Below, piece by piece: positions 37,078 to 40,121 of a stretch of 40,121 nt of DNA (the first letter of the stretch is position 1; each line of letters starts with the position of its first letter). The stretch comes from an uncultured Alphaproteobacteria bacterium (GTDB lineage Bacteria; Pseudomonadota; Alphaproteobacteria; HIMB59; GCA-002718135): NCBI GenBank assembly GCA_902602135.1, contig CACKQA010000002.1, positions 1-40,121 of the forward strand. The letters are read 5' to 3'. A program made the position numbers and the translations under genes. The notes below the pieces were generated by a model. The model did no database searches. It was not told where the DNA came from and worked only from the letters and a program-made list of their open reading frames with translations.

Positions 37078-37093
37078 TACTAAATGTTTAGTA
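37078..37093. promoter_or_regulatory. Candidate LacI-family operator (16-bp near-palindrome)
   Basis: TACTAAA-TG-TTTAGTA has 7-bp perfect arms. It lies in the lacI/SBP divergent spacer, 15 nt upstream of the SBP start. Its architecture resembles 16-bp LacI/PurR-type boxes (nnnnAAACGTTTnnnn) with the central CG degraded to TG. Confidence 0.35.
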
Positions 37094-37107
37094 AATATGG
37101 AGGAAAA

Positions 37108-38352
37108 ATGAAAAAAATTAAATTACTATTTTTTGCATCATTCCTATCCCTTTTAAGTTTCAGTGCATCGGCTGTAGATATTACGATTGCAAGATTCTTT
37201 GGTGATTGTGAAGATGCTGGAAGTGATACTAAGGCAACTTCAGGAGAGGCATGTATTATTCAATCAATAATTAATGCTTTTAATGAACAAAATCCTGACA
37301 TTAATGTTACTACTGAAGTTCTTGATTGGGGTCAAACATATAATATTCTTCAAACAAGATATGCGGATAATAGTGCACCTGATATCCATATCATGCACAG
37401 ACACCGTATTCCTCAATTCTCTTCAATTGGAGCTATTGCAGATTTAAGTGGTGAATTAGAAAAATATGGAATGGACTCTAGTGATATTGTTCCAATGATG
37501 ATGGATGCATTAACGTATGATGGCGGTATGTGGGGTTTACCACTTGATATTCATGCTGGATTGTTCCATACCAATTTGGATCTTATGGCAAAAGCTGGCT
37601 TAGTCAAAGATGGAAAACCAATATATCCTACTAGTCCTGCAGAAATGTTAGAGCATGCAAATGCATGTAAAGCTGTAGGAGCTGATTATTTAGCAAGTGG
37701 TATGACTAGAGCTGTTTATAGTCTAACATGGCAACAAAATGCCAATTTCTTTGAAGGTAAAAAGGCAACTCTTAACACTGATGAAGTGAAAAATGTAGTT
37801 CAGCTTTATCTGGATCTTAAAGCTGCGGGCGCTTACCAACCTGAACTTGATTATGGTAGTGCTGAAAAATTCTGGATGGATGGTAATTCATGTATTTTAT
37901 ATAATGGTACATGGGTTGTAGATTATTATTCTCAGAATGTTGACTTCAATTACTATGTTGGACCTATGCCAACAATTTATGATAAGGGAGCAACATGGGC
38001 TGATTCACATATGTGGTCAATTCCAGCATCATTAAAATCTTCAAGTCCTGAAAAATACGATGCTGTTATGAAGTTAGCAAAGTTTATGTGGGATCACAGT
38101 ATTGATTGGTCAAGAACTGGTCACATGTCTTATAGATCATCGGTTATTAACAGTGATGCATATATGAATTTACCGCATAGAACTGAGTATGCATCTACAG
38201 CTGATATAATGACTGATACTCCGCATTCCATAAATTATGGAGCTATTGTTCAGTTATTGGACACAGAAATTGGAGCTATAATGCTTGGTGAGAAAGACAT
38301 GGATTCAGGTCTTAAGGCTGCAAATAATCAATTAAAGAAATTACTTCGTTAA
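37108..38352 (+). CDS. CUT1-family sugar ABC transporter periplasmic substrate-binding protein (second system)
   Basis: Signal peptide MKKIKLLFFASFLSLLSFSASA and GGAGG 5 nt upstream of ATG 37108. SBP_bac_1-like pattern. The track start at 37084 is an upstream in-frame ATG without signal-peptide logic. Confidence 0.85.
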   Translation: MKKIKLLFFASFLSLLSFSASAVDITIARFFGDCEDAGSDTKATSGEACIIQSIINAFNEQNPDINVTTEVLDWGQTYNILQTRYADNSAPDIHIMHRHRIPQFSSIGAIADLSGELEKYGMDSSDIVPMMMDALTYDGGMWGLPLDIHAGLFHTNLDLMAKAGLVKDGKPIYPTSPAEMLEHANACKAVGADYLASGMTRAVYSLTWQQNANFFEGKKATLNTDEVKNVVQLYLDLKAAGAYQPELDYGSAEKFWMDGNSCILYNGTWVVDYYSQNVDFNYYVGPMPTIYDKGATWADSHMWSIPASLKSSSPEKYDAVMKLAKFMWDHSIDWSRTGHMSYRSSVINSDAYMNLPHRTEYASTADIMTDTPHSINYGAIVQLLDTEIGAIMLGEKDMDSGLKAANNQLKKLLR

Positions 38353-38366
38353 TTTCCCTTTTATAT

Positions 38367-38397
38367 AATGGAGGTGTTTTTACACCTCCATTTTTTT
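38367..38397 (+). terminator. Rho-independent terminator / intra-operon attenuator hairpin
   Basis: A perfect 10-bp stem aatggaggtg (38367-38376) / cacctccatt (38383-38392) with a 6-nt loop ttttta, running into a T7 tract (38391-38397). It starts 15 nt after the SBP stop. Confidence 0.78.
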
Positions 38398-38417
38398 GAT
38401 AAAGAAAGATAGGAAGT

Positions 38418-40121
38418 ATGAGAAAAGAACATCCAAGACCACAGTTTGTAAGAAAAGATTGGTTAAACTTAAATGGAGTTTGGACTTGCGAATATTCAAA
38501 AAATATTAAAGGTTTTAAAAAATCTAAATTAAATTCAAAAAAGTTTTCAAAAAAAATTAATGTACCTTTTTGTCCTGAAAGTAAATTATCAGGTATTGGA
38601 AACACTGATTTCATGCAAGAAGTTTGGTACCATAAAAGTTTTAAATTAAATAATAGTTGGAAAGATAAAAAAATATTCATTCATTTTGGTGGAGTTGATT
38701 ATAAGTGTGATGTATTCGTAAACAAAACTAAAGTTGGTTCAAATATAGGTGGTCAAGCGCCATTTAGTATTGATATTTCAAAAGCAGTAAATTTTACTAA
38801 AAATAATGATTTAATTGTTTATGTAATAGATGAAAGATGTCCTGGAAGTATGAACCCATCCCCTTGGTACAAAGGAAGATTTACTCCAAAAAAAATAGCA
38901 ATAGCAAAAAAATGGGCTCTGGATAAACGTAGAACGCAACCTAGAGGTAAACAATCATCTTTTTTACATTCTTATCAATGTGTTTATACAAGAACAACTG
39001 GTATTTGGCAGACAGTTTGGTTAGAAGCTGCTGATAAAAAACATATAAAGAGTGTTTCAATTGTTCCAAATTTAAAAAGTTCATGTTTTGAATTTACACC
39101 TGATTTTTCAGAAAATGTAAATGATAATTTTAAGGTTGATATTACATTTAAAAATAAAAAAATATCTTCTTCTATTTTCAATACAAAAGTAAAAAAAATA
39201 AAAATTAAAATTCCAAAACCAAAGTTGTGGTCTATTGAGCAACCAAACCTTTATGATTTTGTTTTTACTTTAATAAGTGAAAAAAATAACAAAACTTTAG
39301 ATAGAGTTAAGAGTTATGGAGGAATGCGCTCTATAGAAGTGAAGAAAAATAAAGTATATCTCAATAATAAACCTCTCTATCAAAGATTGGTTTTAGATCA
39401 GGGATTTTACCCAGACGGAATTTGGACAGCACCAACCGATAAAGCTCTAAAAAATGATATTATTTTATCAATGAAGGCTGGTTTTAATGGAGCGAGGTTA
39501 CATGAAAAGGTATTTGAAGATCGTTTTCATTATTGGGCTGATAAATTAGGCTACATAACATGGGCTGAGTGGGGTAATTGGGGAGCAAACGAAAATGCAA
39601 AAGGTACCGAGACTGCTTTTATGCATGAATGGCCAAAAATAGTAGAACATTTAAAAAATCATCCATCAATCATTACATGGACTCCTTTTAATGAAACTAA
39701 TACTTTGGAATGTAATTCTCAACATAAGAAATTAATGCGTTTAGCATATGATGTAACAAAGAAAATTGACCCAACAAGACCAGTAAATGAAACAAGTGGT
39801 TATCAACATCAAAAAACTGATATTTGGACAGTACATCATTATGAACCAAAACCTGATAAATTAATGAAAGTCTTAAATCCAAAAAAAGGAGTTTACAGAA
39901 ATTTTCCTAAGTTTGAAACATCCTATAAAAATCAACCTTATATAATTGATGAATATGGAGGAGCTTGGTGGCTTCCTTTAAATCTAAGAGATAAATTTTT
40001 TTCTTGGGGTCACGGAGATCATGTAAGACCTAAGACAATTCAAGAAGTTTATGATCGTATGGATAGCTTGACTGAAGTTGTTTTAAAAACAAAACATATC
40101 CAAGGATTTTGTTACACACAA
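38418..40121 (+). CDS. Glycoside hydrolase family 2-like enzyme (beta-galactosidase/glucuronidase superfamily), 3'-truncated by the window edge
   Basis: Not in the ORF track because there is no stop inside the window. My hand translation from ATG 38418 is open for 568 codons to the edge. It reads MRKEHPRPQFVRKDWLNLNGVWTCEY..., with a sugar-binding domain (IFIHFGGVDYKCDVFVN, PFSIDIS), GIWQTVWLE, LWSIEQPNLYDF and the TIM barrel GFNGARLHEKV. The acid/base context is ITWTPFNETN and the nucleophile context is YIIDEYGG. It ends at GFCYTQ. No signal peptide. Confidence 0.85.
   Translation, partial: MRKEHPRPQFVRKDWLNLNGVWTCEYSKNIKGFKKSKLNSKKFSKKINVPFCPESKLSGIGNTDFMQEVWYHKSFKLNNSWKDKKIFIHFGGVDYKCDVFVNKTKVGSNIGGQAPFSIDISKAVNFTKNNDLIVYVIDERCPGSMNPSPWYKGRFTPKKIAIAKKWALDKRRTQPRGKQSSFLHSYQCVYTRTTGIWQTVWLEAADKKHIKSVSIVPNLKSSCFEFTPDFSENVNDNFKVDITFKNKKISSSIFNTKVKKIKIKIPKPKLWSIEQPNLYDFVFTLISEKNNKTLDRVKSYGGMRSIEVKKNKVYLNNKPLYQRLVLDQGFYPDGIWTAPTDKALKNDIILSMKAGFNGARLHEKVFEDRFHYWADKLGYITWAEWGNWGANENAKGTETAFMHEWPKIVEHLKNHPSIITWTPFNETNTLECNSQHKKLMRLAYDVTKKIDPTRPVNETSGYQHQKTDIWTVHHYEPKPDKLMKVLNPKKGVYRNFPKFETSYKNQPYIIDEYGGAWWLPLNLRDKFFSWGHGDHVRPKTIQEVYDRMDSLTEVVLKTKHIQGFCYTQ

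Noticed and set aside
38312-38680. 122-aa minus-strand ORF spanning the SBP stop, the terminator and the GH2-like start.
   Set aside because: It runs antisense across a terminator hairpin and the first 88 codons of a plus-strand frame. That frame is open for 568 codons and carries GH2-type motifs, so the plus-strand reading is clearly the real one.
2378-39882. Fifteen short track ORFs of 60-79 aa: 2378..2608(-), 5459..5659(+), 17318..17500(-), 18107..18313(-), 20949..21158(-), 25062..25298(-), 25450..25641(-), 27444..27665(-), 32249..32437(+), 32656..32889(-), 33003..33188(+), 34514..34753(+), 36729..36923(-), 38984..39181(-) and 39697..39882(-).
   Set aside because: Each lies antisense or out of frame, and all but 20949..21158 and 25062..25298 lie wholly inside a longer gene with clear family signatures. 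Those two run partly into the adjacent spacer or the neighbouring conserved gene. The translations are low-complexity, with the Ile/Leu/Phe/Lys/Asn bias expected from random frames in AT-rich DNA. None has a recognisable motif.
1-40121. Search for rRNA, tRNA, CRISPR arrays, IS elements, prophage or defence-system genes.
   Set aside because: No spacer is long enough for a tRNA or CRISPR array except those already explained. No short direct-repeat arrays were seen. No nuclease, helicase, methylase, integrase or toxin-antitoxin-like ORFs were recognised. The window is metabolic and transport in character throughout.

Overview
This is a very AT-rich, extremely gene-dense bacterial chromosome segment. 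It holds about 42 protein genes in 40.1 kb, with many start/stop overlaps and almost all spacers under 120 nt. I found no rRNA, tRNA, CRISPR, transposase or integrase. The gene content (gcvP, a DmdA-type DMSP demethylase, PhyH dioxygenase paralogs, many transporters) and the packing resemble a streamlined marine alphaproteobacterium of the SAR11/Pelagibacterales type. That assignment is inference only.

Layout:
- 1-8.8 kb: 5'-truncated gcvP, an RseP-type protease, a MazG-like gene, a translationally coupled cysE/CBS-like/cystathionine-lyase operon, an enolase-superfamily enzyme, a thioesterase and a BASS transporter.
- 8.75-15.6 kb: a nine-gene minus-strand block. It encodes a class IV aminotransferase, a sulfotransferase-like protein, an MhpD-like hydratase, a DCC oxidoreductase, a PsiE-like protein, an atypical photolyase-homology protein, a YadGH-like ABC-2 exporter and a PhyH dioxygenase.
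- 15.7-20.9 kb: an MFS transporter, a 3-hydroxyisobutyrate-dehydrogenase-like gene, and dmdA followed by two tandem EamA transporters.
- 20.9 kb to the window end: a carbohydrate island with GH127, GH51 and a GH2-like hydrolase (all without signal peptides), two CUT1 sugar ABC systems, a LacI regulator, two oxidoreductases and a second PhyH.

The most unusual feature is that the first sugar ABC operon has one binding protein, one MalF-type subunit and one ATPase but four MalG-type membrane-subunit paralogs. Three of them form a tandem array behind the GH127 gene. The paralogs differ almost only in one loop that is probably periplasmic.

Two notes on the supplied ORF track. It omits the GH2-like gene (38418 to the window end) because that frame has no stop inside the window; I translated it by hand and it is open throughout. 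It also starts gcvP at an internal Met, although that frame is open to the left edge.
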